From: an uncultured Planctomycetia bacterium
Lineage (GTDB): Bacteria; Omnitrophota; Gorgyraeia; VGKH01; JBHPFN01
DNA length: 64,000 nucleotides
Direction: 5' to 3'
Assembly (NCBI GenBank): GCA_964406665.1
Contig: CAYOSQ010000003.1
Location: forward strand, 186,558 to 250,557
How positions within the stretch are numbered: the stretch's first letter is position 1; every line of letters starts with the position of its first letter. A program made the translations under genes and the position numbers. Shown one piece after another: positions 41,810 through 50,738 of the stretch. Below the pieces are notes generated by a model. The model worked only from the letters and a program-made list of their open reading frames with translations. It was not told where the DNA came from and searched no databases.

Positions 41810-42343
41810 ATGAAGCAGAAGGAGAAAATGGAGGAAATAAAAAAAATAATTGATATTAATCTGCCTAAGAGAGATTTGATATGGACGGGCATTTGTGTTG
41901 AAAGGAATAAGAATGTTTCCATTCTTATTAATTACGATGAGAAAAAGAAGGAATTTAATGGATACACGGTGTTTAAGTCTAAAGAAATTAAACGCTACAG
42001 GTATTGGGGAAAGAATGAATGCAGGGGTGTAAAAATAAGAACATCTTTTCGATTCATGGATAAAATCAAATCAAAAAATAGTAAAACATTCTATTCATCC
42101 TTAAAGGAAGCAAGTCAATTTGGGTTAATTGCTTTTTTTGTTGAGAATAAAACTAATAGTTATTTCGTGGGTCAGTTGACTTCAGTTAATAATGAATTTG
42201 CAAATTTTAGATTAATTGACAGAAAAGCAAGATGGGCAAGATATAAGAAAATAAAACTCAAAAATATTAACTTTTTCTCATTTGGTACAGTTTATGAAAG
42301 AACGCTTTTTAAAAAGGTAGATAGGAAAAGAGGAATAAAATGA
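41810..42343 (+). CDS. Hypothetical basic protein
   Basis: ORF with consistent codon usage and no recognisable motifs. Confidence 0.5.
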   Translation: MKQKEKMEEIKKIIDINLPKRDLIWTGICVERNKNVSILINYDEKKKEFNGYTVFKSKEIKRYRYWGKNECRGVKIRTSFRFMDKIKSKNSKTFYSSLKEASQFGLIAFFVENKTNSYFVGQLTSVNNEFANFRLIDRKARWARYKKIKLKNINFFSFGTVYERTLFKKVDRKRGIK

Positions 42344-43593
42344 ATAAACCAAATAATAAAAAAAGCTTTGCCCTGATTACTGCTTTAGGTTTATGTATTC
42401 TCTTCGGTGCTATCATTACCGGAGTATTTATGTCTTCGGTAAGAGAAATCTCTTCTACCAAAAGACAGATTGGTACCACCCAAGCACTCTGGCTAGCAGA
42501 ATCAGCTGCCAGAGAAAAGATCCAAGAGATAAAAACATACTTTGATACTGGTGAGTTTCCTAAACATTTCCCCGTAGACCCTGATAAGGATATAGGTAAA
42601 GAGTATGATTGGGGTTTTGAGTCTGGAGAAGGTGAAACCCATACCGTCCCATCAGGACACGATCCTGATTCAGGGGGTGATCCTGATTCGGGCAATGTCG
42701 GTGGTCGGTCAAAAGTCTCGCCTCCCTGGAGGGGAAATATTGAAAGCATTGTTTATGCCATGGATAATTCCATGGATATTCCAACTATAGCTGCCAGCGC
42801 TCAACTAATCAGCGTCAACACTTACGGCTCTGGAGCAGGGAAACCTCCTATCCCAGGAGACTACATTTATCTTTTAACTGCATCTGCAACAGTTCCTATA
42901 TTAGGAGGCTCAACATTAAAGACAGTACAATGCTCAGTAAAATACAGCTATGTTGCCCCTATGAACATTGAAGTTGGTGATGCAACTGTGGGAGAAGATG
43001 GGGTATTGCAACCTGGGTTTAGTAATATTATTTATTATTCAGATTTGAATCTGCCTACAGGTAAATATGATATAAGCTATTCTGCTAATTACGATAAGAT
43101 TGAAGGTCCGGGGGGCGGTACAGCAGAAATTCATCAGAGCCTTCAACATGAAAATGTATATATTTCTTTAGGAAAAACTGAGGTATTACTTAAAGAATGG
43201 GTGGATGATGGCGAGGGTTTTGATGAATCTGGAAGATTTCCCTGCAAGGCCAACGACGGTGAAGCCTGTTACGGAGAATTTAATATTCCTTGGGATTTGC
43301 AGACAGGGTTTACTGAGCAGTTTACTCATATTGCTGATAATGGGATTAATCAAGAACCACAATATTATTTTCAAGTAGATTCAGAGCCTTTTTTAGGAGA
43401 ACTGTTTTTTCTATCTCCCGCCGGACTTCCGGTTTCTTATGATGAAGTTAATAATGATTGTGATCTTGATGAAGAATCTACATGCAGTAAGATGTGTGAC
43501 AAAATTGATGAAGGTTGCGGGAGAAATGGTGCTGGAGGATGGTTTGTACGACTTGCGGACATATGGAATTTAGGTATAGTTTTAGGGAGCTGA
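42340..43593 (+). CDS. PilX-N-like (type IV pilus minor pilin-like) secreted protein
   Basis: The N-terminus SFALITALGLCILFGAIITGVFMSS..QALWLAESAAREKI resembles the PilX N-terminal domain. The rest is unknown and cysteine-containing. Confidence 0.4.
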   Translation: MNKPNNKKSFALITALGLCILFGAIITGVFMSSVREISSTKRQIGTTQALWLAESAAREKIQEIKTYFDTGEFPKHFPVDPDKDIGKEYDWGFESGEGETHTVPSGHDPDSGGDPDSGNVGGRSKVSPPWRGNIESIVYAMDNSMDIPTIAASAQLISVNTYGSGAGKPPIPGDYIYLLTASATVPILGGSTLKTVQCSVKYSYVAPMNIEVGDATVGEDGVLQPGFSNIIYYSDLNLPTGKYDISYSANYDKIEGPGGGTAEIHQSLQHENVYISLGKTEVLLKEWVDDGEGFDESGRFPCKANDGEACYGEFNIPWDLQTGFTEQFTHIADNGINQEPQYYFQVDSEPFLGELFFLSPAGLPVSYDEVNNDCDLDEESTCSKMCDKIDEGCGRNGAGGWFVRLADIWNLGIVLGS

Positions 43594-43991
43594 TTAAAGG
43601 TAAGCATCCTGATCGTGATGATTGGCTTGTAAGCAGGAACAGGCGTCTTGACTTAGATCTTTTAGGTCAAATGCCACCCCGAGGAGGATGGTCTTACCGA
43701 GCCCAGGATGAACTTTCCAAGATTATAGCTCAAGCATCAATTGATGAGATTTCTAAAGTCGTGGGATTCCCGGATTGGCTAGGGTTTTTAGGACTGGGAT
43801 TTTGTTATTGCGAACACGTAGAAAGATCTAATCGCCGATTAACACTAGCGTTAGTGCCGCAACTCATCATTCTTGTTGACCAGAATTCAGACGCTTATTC
43901 TAAGCTGAATGATATTTTAAACAGTGATAAGTTAATTCTGCACTGGGGAGACCTAGAATTGGTCGAGAAGGGGATAGAACAAAATAAGTAA
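43564..43991 (+). CDS. Hypothetical protein
   Basis: ORF; I trimmed its start to the first ATG that minimises overlap with the upstream gene. Confidence 0.4.
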
Positions 43992-44020
43992 TAAGGAACA
44001 CTTCAAGCAAGGAGAACTGA

Positions 44021-45073
44021 GTGGAAAACGACAACTTATATAAAATGCTATTAAAGAATATAGAAGCATGCGATGAAGCTTGTAAGAAGCCTAAAGATCA
44101 AATGCTGTTAGGCGAAGGGAGTTTAAATGCAGATGTTATGTTTGTTGGCATAGCCCCTAATATGTCTTTTGATGGTAAGGTAAATAGGAGCGTCTTCGGA
44201 GAATATAGTCGAGCAGGAGAAAAAGTAAGACCAACAATGGCGGCACTGGTTGAGAAATATAGCAAAATAAATAATAGTCAGGAAATACTATTTTGGTTAA
44301 CTAATATAATAAAATGCGGCTGCGGAAAAGACGCGTTTGCTAGCAATATGAAAAGATGCGATAAGTTCTTGAGAGAAGAGATAGGTATAATTAAGCCGAA
44401 AGTCATAGTTTTATTTGGGCGTAAAATTATAAAACATTTCCTAGGTGAAGTGATGGTGCATGGTAAAATTTCAAGCTTAGATAATCAATACGCATGCGTA
44501 CATTCATATCATCCCGCAGCTAGGGGTGGTTTGTTTGAGAATGGGACAGATAAGTTAATGGATGCAGTTGTTGAAGCGATGGGGGAAGGAATTCATAGGA
44601 GAGATGGTTTAAAGGACGAATTAGTTAACAAGAGCAATGAAAAGATACAAGGGGTTATTGATGCGAGACAGCGAAGATCTCATAAGAAGAAAAGCAGAGT
44701 AATTATAACTTCAGCTGAAATGCTTCTTTTGAGCGCTGGTAGTCATAATGCAAGAAGCTTATTTAATAATTTCTCAAATAGAATTAAATCAAAATTTCCT
44801 TTGGTTTATAATGAACCGCATACAGATTCTTTTATTTTCTATATTAATTACGAGGGTAGACAGAAAAGACTATTTGATGTTCATGTAAGCAATACAGGTT
44901 TGAGGGTGCATTTGATGAATAGGAAGAAAGAAATTCAAGATCCTTTTAAAATATGCACTCTTAAAATGAGGAAGAGTGGTGCGACACGCATGGAAGTGAA
45001 AATTGAGAGAGTCGATGATATTGATAGACTTCTGTTTGTTGTTGAACAAATATATAAAATTAATACAACATAA
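44021..45073 (+). CDS. Uracil-DNA glycosylase superfamily (family 4/5-like, Fe-S) protein with a C-terminal extension
   Basis: LGEGSLNADVMFVGIAPN (motif A-like), SYHPAARGG (motif B-like) and Cys residues placed as in 4Fe-4S UDGs, plus ~170 extra C-terminal aa. GTG start with an aaggag RBS. Confidence 0.55.
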   Translation: MENDNLYKMLLKNIEACDEACKKPKDQMLLGEGSLNADVMFVGIAPNMSFDGKVNRSVFGEYSRAGEKVRPTMAALVEKYSKINNSQEILFWLTNIIKCGCGKDAFASNMKRCDKFLREEIGIIKPKVIVLFGRKIIKHFLGEVMVHGKISSLDNQYACVHSYHPAARGGLFENGTDKLMDAVVEAMGEGIHRRDGLKDELVNKSNEKIQGVIDARQRRSHKKKSRVIITSAEMLLLSAGSHNARSLFNNFSNRIKSKFPLVYNEPHTDSFIFYINYEGRQKRLFDVHVSNTGLRVHLMNRKKEIQDPFKICTLKMRKSGATRMEVKIERVDDIDRLLFVVEQIYKINTT

Positions 45074-45129
45074 TAAAGATGAGCTTTGTGATTTTTTGAG
45101 AAATAAAAGTCTGAGAGGTAGTATAAAAA

Positions 45130-46707
45130 ATGGACGACAGTTTTAAAAATTATGACTCTTTAGAGCAAATAATAGAGGACAGGCAAGACCTTTTTGTCCC
45201 TCAGCGGAAGAAATATCTCACCAAGTCTAAATATATAAACGCTCTTCAATGTCACAAGTATTTGTGGATGAGGTGCAATAGGCCTGAGGATATTCCGGAG
45301 CCAAGTAAAAGCTTACAACACATATTTAGCGTTGGTAAAGAAGTTGGTCGGTTGGCTCAGCAAAGGTTTCCCGGAGGCATAAATATTTCAGAGGAAGATT
45401 TTTTTGAAAATTTAAAGACAACAGAGGCGCTATTGAAGCAGCCTGACCGTAAGCCGCTTTATGAGGCGGGAATCTCATCAGGACGTCTTTATGCACGGGC
45501 AGATGTTCTTTGTCCAGTTGACAATGAAGCATGGGATCTAATCGAAGTGAAATGCTCAACCTGCTCAAAAGAGATCAAAGATGTCTATTATCATGATATT
45601 GCCTTTCAGAAATATTGCTATGAAAAGTCCGGGTTAAAGATTCGTAAATGTCTTCTATTGCATATCAGCAAAGAATATATTCGTGATGGAGAGATTGACG
45701 TTAATGATTTTTTTACATTGCAAGATTTAACCGAGCCTGTAGGGAATTTGCAAGAAGGAATCGATGAAAATGTCGAGGGATTTTTGAAGATAATTGACAT
45801 GGCAGCACTTCCAAATTGTTCTATTCATGAAGGTTGCCGTAAGCCTTATGAATGTCCCCTTATAGAGGAGTGCTGGAAGTTTTTACCTCCTTTTAATATT
45901 TTTCAATTATATGGCATGCGATGGAAGAGTCGTTTTGATTTCTTCGATAAAGGATTAAGAGACATAAAAGACGCTCCTAAGGATGACAAAAAAATAAAAG
46001 AAAAACATTTAATGCAAATAGAAAGCGTTGAGACTGGGGAGCCTCATATCGAGTCTCTGGGAATTTCTGATTTCTTAAAAGATTTACAATATCCAATTTA
46101 TTATATGGATTTTGAGACAATGTTTGAAGCAATTCCTCCGTTTAATGGGACGAAGCCGTATCAGCAAATACCTTTCCAGTTTTCAGTTCATGTTCAAGAC
46201 AATCCGGGAGGAGATTTAAAGCATTTCTCGTTTTTATGGAAAGAGTCAAGTGACCCGAGAGAGAGTTTTATTCGAGAATTAAAGGATTGTTTAGGAGGTC
46301 AAGGAAGCATCGTCGCGTATTATTATAGTTTTGAGAAGAGTCGCTTAACGGAATTAGCAGAATTGTTTCCAAAGTATAAGGATTGGGTTGATTCTATATT
46401 GAATAGAATGATTGATCTTCTTGGGCCGTTTAAGAATTTTCATTATTATCACGCTTCTCAGAAGGGCAGCGCCTCTATAAAAAAAGTTTTGCCTGCAATT
46501 ACCGGCAAGGGATATGAAGGAATGGAAATTTCAGGTGGAGGCGAGGCAAGTTTGGAGTATGCGAGAGTGACTAATGGAGATGCCTCAGAAGATGAAAAAA
46601 ACGCAGTATATAGCGCTTTAGAAAAATATTGTACTTTAGATACTGAGGGGATGGCGTGGATTGTAGAGAAGTTGAGGAAACTAAGCAAAGAAACAAGTGG
46701 AGGCTGA
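45130..46707 (+). CDS. DUF2779-like protein: Cas4/RecB-like PD-(D/E)xK nuclease N-domain plus C-terminal domain
   Basis: D...DLIEVKCS...Y PD-(D/E)xK-like core with flanking cysteines, and a C-terminal YYMDFETMFEAIPPF...QIPFQFSVH block typical of DUF2779. Confidence 0.5.
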   Translation: MDDSFKNYDSLEQIIEDRQDLFVPQRKKYLTKSKYINALQCHKYLWMRCNRPEDIPEPSKSLQHIFSVGKEVGRLAQQRFPGGINISEEDFFENLKTTEALLKQPDRKPLYEAGISSGRLYARADVLCPVDNEAWDLIEVKCSTCSKEIKDVYYHDIAFQKYCYEKSGLKIRKCLLLHISKEYIRDGEIDVNDFFTLQDLTEPVGNLQEGIDENVEGFLKIIDMAALPNCSIHEGCRKPYECPLIEECWKFLPPFNIFQLYGMRWKSRFDFFDKGLRDIKDAPKDDKKIKEKHLMQIESVETGEPHIESLGISDFLKDLQYPIYYMDFETMFEAIPPFNGTKPYQQIPFQFSVHVQDNPGGDLKHFSFLWKESSDPRESFIRELKDCLGGQGSIVAYYYSFEKSRLTELAELFPKYKDWVDSILNRMIDLLGPFKNFHYYHASQKGSASIKKVLPAITGKGYEGMEISGGGEASLEYARVTNGDASEDEKNAVYSALEKYCTLDTEGMAWIVEKLRKLSKETSGG

Positions 46708-46725
46708 TATGAATCGGAGGTTGAA

Positions 46726-47943
46726 ATGTTAACAGCATTGGTTGTTGTCGTTGTTGTAATTAATATCGTGATATTAATTATATTGCTCACGCGTAATTCG
46801 GATACGAATCTTATTAAGTTTGAAGGCAGCATCAGAGATGAAGTGTCAAAAAATCGCGAAGAAATGTCTAAAACACTAAAAGACTTCAGCGATTCATCTC
46901 TAAAGCAGTTTTTAGGTTTAACGCAAATAAACGAGCAGAAGCTTGAGAATGTGCGTAAGACAATTGAAGAAAGGCTTAAGTCTTTACAGGATGACAATTC
47001 TCAGAAGCTCGAAAAGATGAGAGAAACAGTCGATGAAAAATTACACAATACTCTAGAGAAGCGATTGGGTGAGTCGTTTAAATTGGTCAGCGATCGACTT
47101 GAATCGGTTCAACAGGGCCTTGGAGAAATGCAGGCATTGGCAACAGGGGTAGGCGATCTTAAAAAAGTATTAAGCAATGTTAAAACAAGAGGAACATTGG
47201 GTGAGATTCAGCTAGAAACATTATTGGATCAAATACTGACTCCGGATCAGTATGCGAAAAACGTCGCTACCAAGAGTGGAAGTCGGGAAAATGTTGAGTT
47301 TGCCATAAAGTTACCAGGCAAAGAGGATAAGATTCTCTGGTTGCCAATAGATGCAAAGTTTCCCAAAGAGGATTACGAGCGCTTAGTAGATGCTCAAGAA
47401 CAGGCCAATCCCGATCTTGTAGAAGAATTAGGAAAGGCACTTGAGCAACGCATTAAGTCTGAGGCAAAAGATATCCAAAACAAATATATCGATCCACCAA
47501 ACACAACCGATTTTGGGATTTTGTTTCTAGCAACCGAAGGGTTGTATGCTGAGGCACTCCGAAGGCCAGGCCTATTTGAATCATTACAGAGAGAACACAG
47601 AGTTATACTCACCGGACCGACAACAATAGCAGCGTTATTGAATAGTTTGCAGATGGGATTTAGAACTCTTGCGATAGAGAAGCGCGCAAGTGAGGTCTGG
47701 AACTTATTGGGAGCGATTAAGACGGAATTCGCTAAGTTTGGAGATCTTCTAGTAAAAACACACAAGCAATTAGCAGCTGCCAGCAATACAATAGAAGGTG
47801 CAACAAGGAAAACAAGAACGATTGAAAGAAAATTAAGAGATGTTCAGGAGCTTCCAGTTAAGGAGTCAGCTAAATTATTAGGCAAAGTTGAAGATTTCGA
47901 TATGGAAATTGATACAGAAAATAATTCAGAAGAGCAAGAGTGA
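46726..47943 (+). CDS. rmuC: DNA recombination protein RmuC
   Basis: N-terminal TM, coiled coil, and a C-terminal RmuC nuclease-like domain (TRGTLGEIQLETLL...WLPIDAKFP). Confidence 0.85.
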   Translation: MLTALVVVVVVINIVILIILLTRNSDTNLIKFEGSIRDEVSKNREEMSKTLKDFSDSSLKQFLGLTQINEQKLENVRKTIEERLKSLQDDNSQKLEKMRETVDEKLHNTLEKRLGESFKLVSDRLESVQQGLGEMQALATGVGDLKKVLSNVKTRGTLGEIQLETLLDQILTPDQYAKNVATKSGSRENVEFAIKLPGKEDKILWLPIDAKFPKEDYERLVDAQEQANPDLVEELGKALEQRIKSEAKDIQNKYIDPPNTTDFGILFLATEGLYAEALRRPGLFESLQREHRVILTGPTTIAALLNSLQMGFRTLAIEKRASEVWNLLGAIKTEFAKFGDLLVKTHKQLAAASNTIEGATRKTRTIERKLRDVQELPVKESAKLLGKVEDFDMEIDTENNSEEQE

Positions 47944-48067
47944 GGATTAAAGAAGATTGTCATTTTTGTACTTATAGAGATACGGTTAGGGATATTGTGT
48001 AAAATATGAAGCACATGACAAATGTTTTATAGTTGAAAATAAGACAATATAAAGGTATGCTAATGAG

Positions 48068-48237
48068 GTAGCTAGATGGCTTTTAGCTTAGAACATCACG
48101 GTGTTTCACCGTGGACGCGATAAAGGCTAGACTACCCTTTTCGGATCTCATAGTCGCGTATTTGTGTGGTACCCAAACACGCGAATATGACATCCGGGCA
48201 CTTTGAAAGATTAGTAAGGAAAAAGCCATCTAGCTAC
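48068..48237 (+). ncRNA. Retron msr-msd non-coding RNA flanked by a1/a2 inverted repeats
   Basis: A 17-bp perfect inverted repeat, gtagctagatggctttt (48068-48084) and aaaagccatctagctac (48221-48237), brackets a structured region. That region has an msr-type hairpin (cacggtg-tttc-caccgtg) and a long imperfect msd stem, and it lies immediately upstream of a retron-type RT on the same strand. Confidence 0.7.
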
Positions 48238-48257
48238 ACTCGTATTAAGGGATTTTT

Positions 48258-49766
48258 ATGTCATTAGACAAACTAAAGAAAATAGAAGAATTGATTTCTT
48301 CTAAGGAACATAAAGATAGATTAAAATCTATATCCTTGATAAAAGAATTGTCAGTTGATGAAGTAAAGACATTGTTAATTAAGTATGCAACTTTTTGGGA
48401 TAAACAATTCAAAAGAGAATTTTCTAAAGAGGCACTTGATCAGTTCGGAAAAGAAATTATCGAGTCCATAGTTAATTTAGTAAAGAACGAAAATCTTCCC
48501 ATAAAATTCACGATAAATCTTCTGAGTAAATTCGATGATCCTTTCGTTATTGATTTCATTGCAACGTACCTTTCGCATTTTCGAACAGATATTAGGCTTG
48601 AATCTCAGAGGATCATCTTGGAATACAGTAGCGAATATGCAGTTTTTGTGCAATGGTGCAATGATTTAAAGGATTTCAAATTATTGCAAAATCTACTGGA
48701 TAAAATTCCAGTTGAAAATATCGCTAAATATATAGATCGTTTAAACGATTGGGACCGTAATGCTTTTTTAGGTAAGCCTGCCACTAAAGAATATTTAGCG
48801 CATAGAAAACTTACCAATCTATTTGCAGTCATCGATGATTCTACTGAAGGTAGGCTTTTGGTGAGAAAAACAGAATCGTCAAAAATATATTTAGAGAGTA
48901 TTTCAGAGCGACTTCAAGCACCAAAAGGACTTATAGGATGGGTGGTTAGAAATTGGGATGCTGTTGATTCTCTCTATGCGACCTTTACAATTCCAAAAAA
49001 AAGTGGAGGCCAGCGCTCGATATCTTCTCCACCAGATAAACTTAAGTATGTGCAGGAGCTAATTTATAAAAATGTGTTGTCTAAAGCTTTGCTCCATCCA
49101 TGTTGCCACGGCTTTATATCGGGACGATCCATAATAACCAACGCCGAATATCATACAAATAAGGATGTGGTAGTCAATGTGGATATAAAAGATTTCTTTC
49201 CATCCATATCAGCTTCGAGGGTTTATGGAGTATTTCAATCTCTCGGATTTAACAAGCATGAGGCAAGACTGCTAACACGTATTGCAACACGGAATAATTG
49301 TTTACCACAAGGAGCCCCAACAAGTCCTATAATAGCAAACATAACATGTAAAAGACTTGATAGTAGGCTTTCTGGGTTAGTTAAAAAAATGGATGGTAAA
49401 TATAGTCGATACGCAGATGATCTTACCTTTAGTGGCGATGAAAAAATATTAAAAGTGATTCCTCGTATTTATAAAATTATAGGCGCCGAAGGATTTCTTG
49501 TCGCAATAGAAAAAACTAGAGTTACACGAAAAGGAAATCGTCAGGAAGTAACAGGCTTAACGGTAAACAAGAAAATCTCGATACAACGAAAAAGGCGCAA
49601 GAATCTAAGGGCTATTATTCATCATTTCAAAACAAGTAAAAGTATTCATTGGAACGGGAAAGATTTATCTGTTCAAAGCCTAAAAGGGCACATTGCCTTT
49701 TTAAAGTCAGTACATCCTGAGACCGCGAGTAGCTATAATGATGTAATTAAGAAAAGTAAAAAGTGA
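48258..49766 (+). CDS. Retron-type reverse transcriptase with a ~240-aa N-terminal extension of unknown function
   Basis: RT motifs are present: SGGQRSISSPP, HGFISGRS, VNVDIKDFFPSI, LPQGAPTSPIIAN, YSRYADDLTF. The retron-specific NRQEVTGLTVN (VTG) motif is also present. The RT domain begins near residue 245, preceded by an alpha-helical-looking domain. Confidence 0.8.
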   Translation: MSLDKLKKIEELISSKEHKDRLKSISLIKELSVDEVKTLLIKYATFWDKQFKREFSKEALDQFGKEIIESIVNLVKNENLPIKFTINLLSKFDDPFVIDFIATYLSHFRTDIRLESQRIILEYSSEYAVFVQWCNDLKDFKLLQNLLDKIPVENIAKYIDRLNDWDRNAFLGKPATKEYLAHRKLTNLFAVIDDSTEGRLLVRKTESSKIYLESISERLQAPKGLIGWVVRNWDAVDSLYATFTIPKKSGGQRSISSPPDKLKYVQELIYKNVLSKALLHPCCHGFISGRSIITNAEYHTNKDVVVNVDIKDFFPSISASRVYGVFQSLGFNKHEARLLTRIATRNNCLPQGAPTSPIIANITCKRLDSRLSGLVKKMDGKYSRYADDLTFSGDEKILKVIPRIYKIIGAEGFLVAIEKTRVTRKGNRQEVTGLTVNKKISIQRKRRKNLRAIIHHFKTSKSIHWNGKDLSVQSLKGHIAFLKSVHPETASSYNDVIKKSKK

Positions 49767-50013
49767 AAAGGTGCTTGTTAAAAAAGACAGCCAGGTTTTT
49801 ATCTTTAAATGCAATAACGGACACGGCGAGAAAGCAGAGATAGAAGAAATTTTTGAGAAAATGCTTCAAAATTTTCAATTCACGGAGGAAGGTTTGAATT
49901 AGGGCTTGCGACTGGCGACAGCCAGGAGCAGCACCGAAAGGCAGCTTAGCTTTAATGGATTGTTATTGCAGGCAGTCCTGGAGCAAAGCGAAAGGGATTG
50001 AGGTGAGGGGGCG

Positions 50014-50568
50014 ATGATTTATTTACCATTACTGGTTGGCATCGGCATCATTATTGCTAAGGTGATTTATCGCATGAGGAAAAAGAAGGCGATTGCTCCG
50101 AGATGGCTCAATAGGTTTTTGACTATTTGTGCAACAGTCTGTTTGATTTCTTCACTCATTCCAATACTTTTCACTGCATGGTTTTTTAGTTCTATGTCAA
50201 TGTCTGCAAGTAAAGTTTTTCAAAGATATATTGCTGACCCTATTCCCACCACTGTACGCATTGTCTATGGTAAGGGTGTTTCATGGCAAGGATATTCAGC
50301 CCAAGTAGTTTTTACTACTGATAAAAAGACTTTTAGCGAACTTTTTTCGGATTACCAAATCTTGCCTTTTGAGTGTGACTATCCTACTGTCAATCGCTGT
50401 TGCGATACTGAGATATATTATGACAATAAACTTTTCAAAGAGGATTTAAGCAAAGTGTCTGGACTTCAATGTTTTTATAAAGAGGGAGATGTTAAGCGAG
50501 GACAAAATTCTGTAGTTTATTGGGACAAGGATAATAACAAAATATTCTTTAGAAGTAGTGGTGGATAA
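50014..50568 (+). CDS. Two-TM membrane protein (candidate retron effector)
   Basis: Two N-terminal hydrophobic helices, then a ~120-aa soluble Cys-containing domain, directly downstream of the retron RT. Confidence 0.5.
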   Translation: MIYLPLLVGIGIIIAKVIYRMRKKKAIAPRWLNRFLTICATVCLISSLIPILFTAWFFSSMSMSASKVFQRYIADPIPTTVRIVYGKGVSWQGYSAQVVFTTDKKTFSELFSDYQILPFECDYPTVNRCCDTEIYYDNKLFKEDLSKVSGLQCFYKEGDVKRGQNSVVYWDKDNNKIFFRSSGG

Positions 50569-50651
50569 TGAGTGTATTTAAACGAAATAATATTTATAAA
50601 AAATAAACTAGAGATTGAGCATAGCAGCTTCTTTGATATAATATAAACATC

Positions 50652-50725
50652 TGCGCCCATAGCTCAATTGGATAGAGCACCAGTCTTCGGAACTGGGTGT
50701 TGCAGGTTCGAGTCCTGCTGGGCGC
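50652..50725 (+). tRNA. tRNA-Arg (anticodon UCG)
   Basis: Cloverleaf with gcgccca/tgggcgc acceptor, anticodon stem ccagt/actgg, loop ctTCGga, T-arm gcaggTTCGAGtcctgc. Confidence 0.8.
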
Positions 50726-50738
50726 GTAGATTATTAAA

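Noticed and set aside
46458-46997. 179-aa minus-strand ORF spanning the DUF2779/rmuC junction.
   Set aside because: It is antisense to two well-supported + strand genes, with low-complexity T/S-rich translation.
48258-49766. RT as a group II intron, DGR or Abi reverse transcriptase.
   Set aside because: It has no maturase/X or endonuclease domain and no DGR-type motif 4 (it is QGxxxSP-like instead). The retron-specific VTG motif and a flanking a1/a2 inverted repeat are present.
50668-50738. ORF-track start of the secreted protein inside tRNA-Arg(UCG); the same problem occurs at 61001 (inside tRNA-Ser) and at 60421 (tadA).
   Set aside because: These starts lie within tRNA genes. The downstream ATGs at 50739, 61109 and 60466 give signal peptides or a canonical TadA N-terminus with RBSs.
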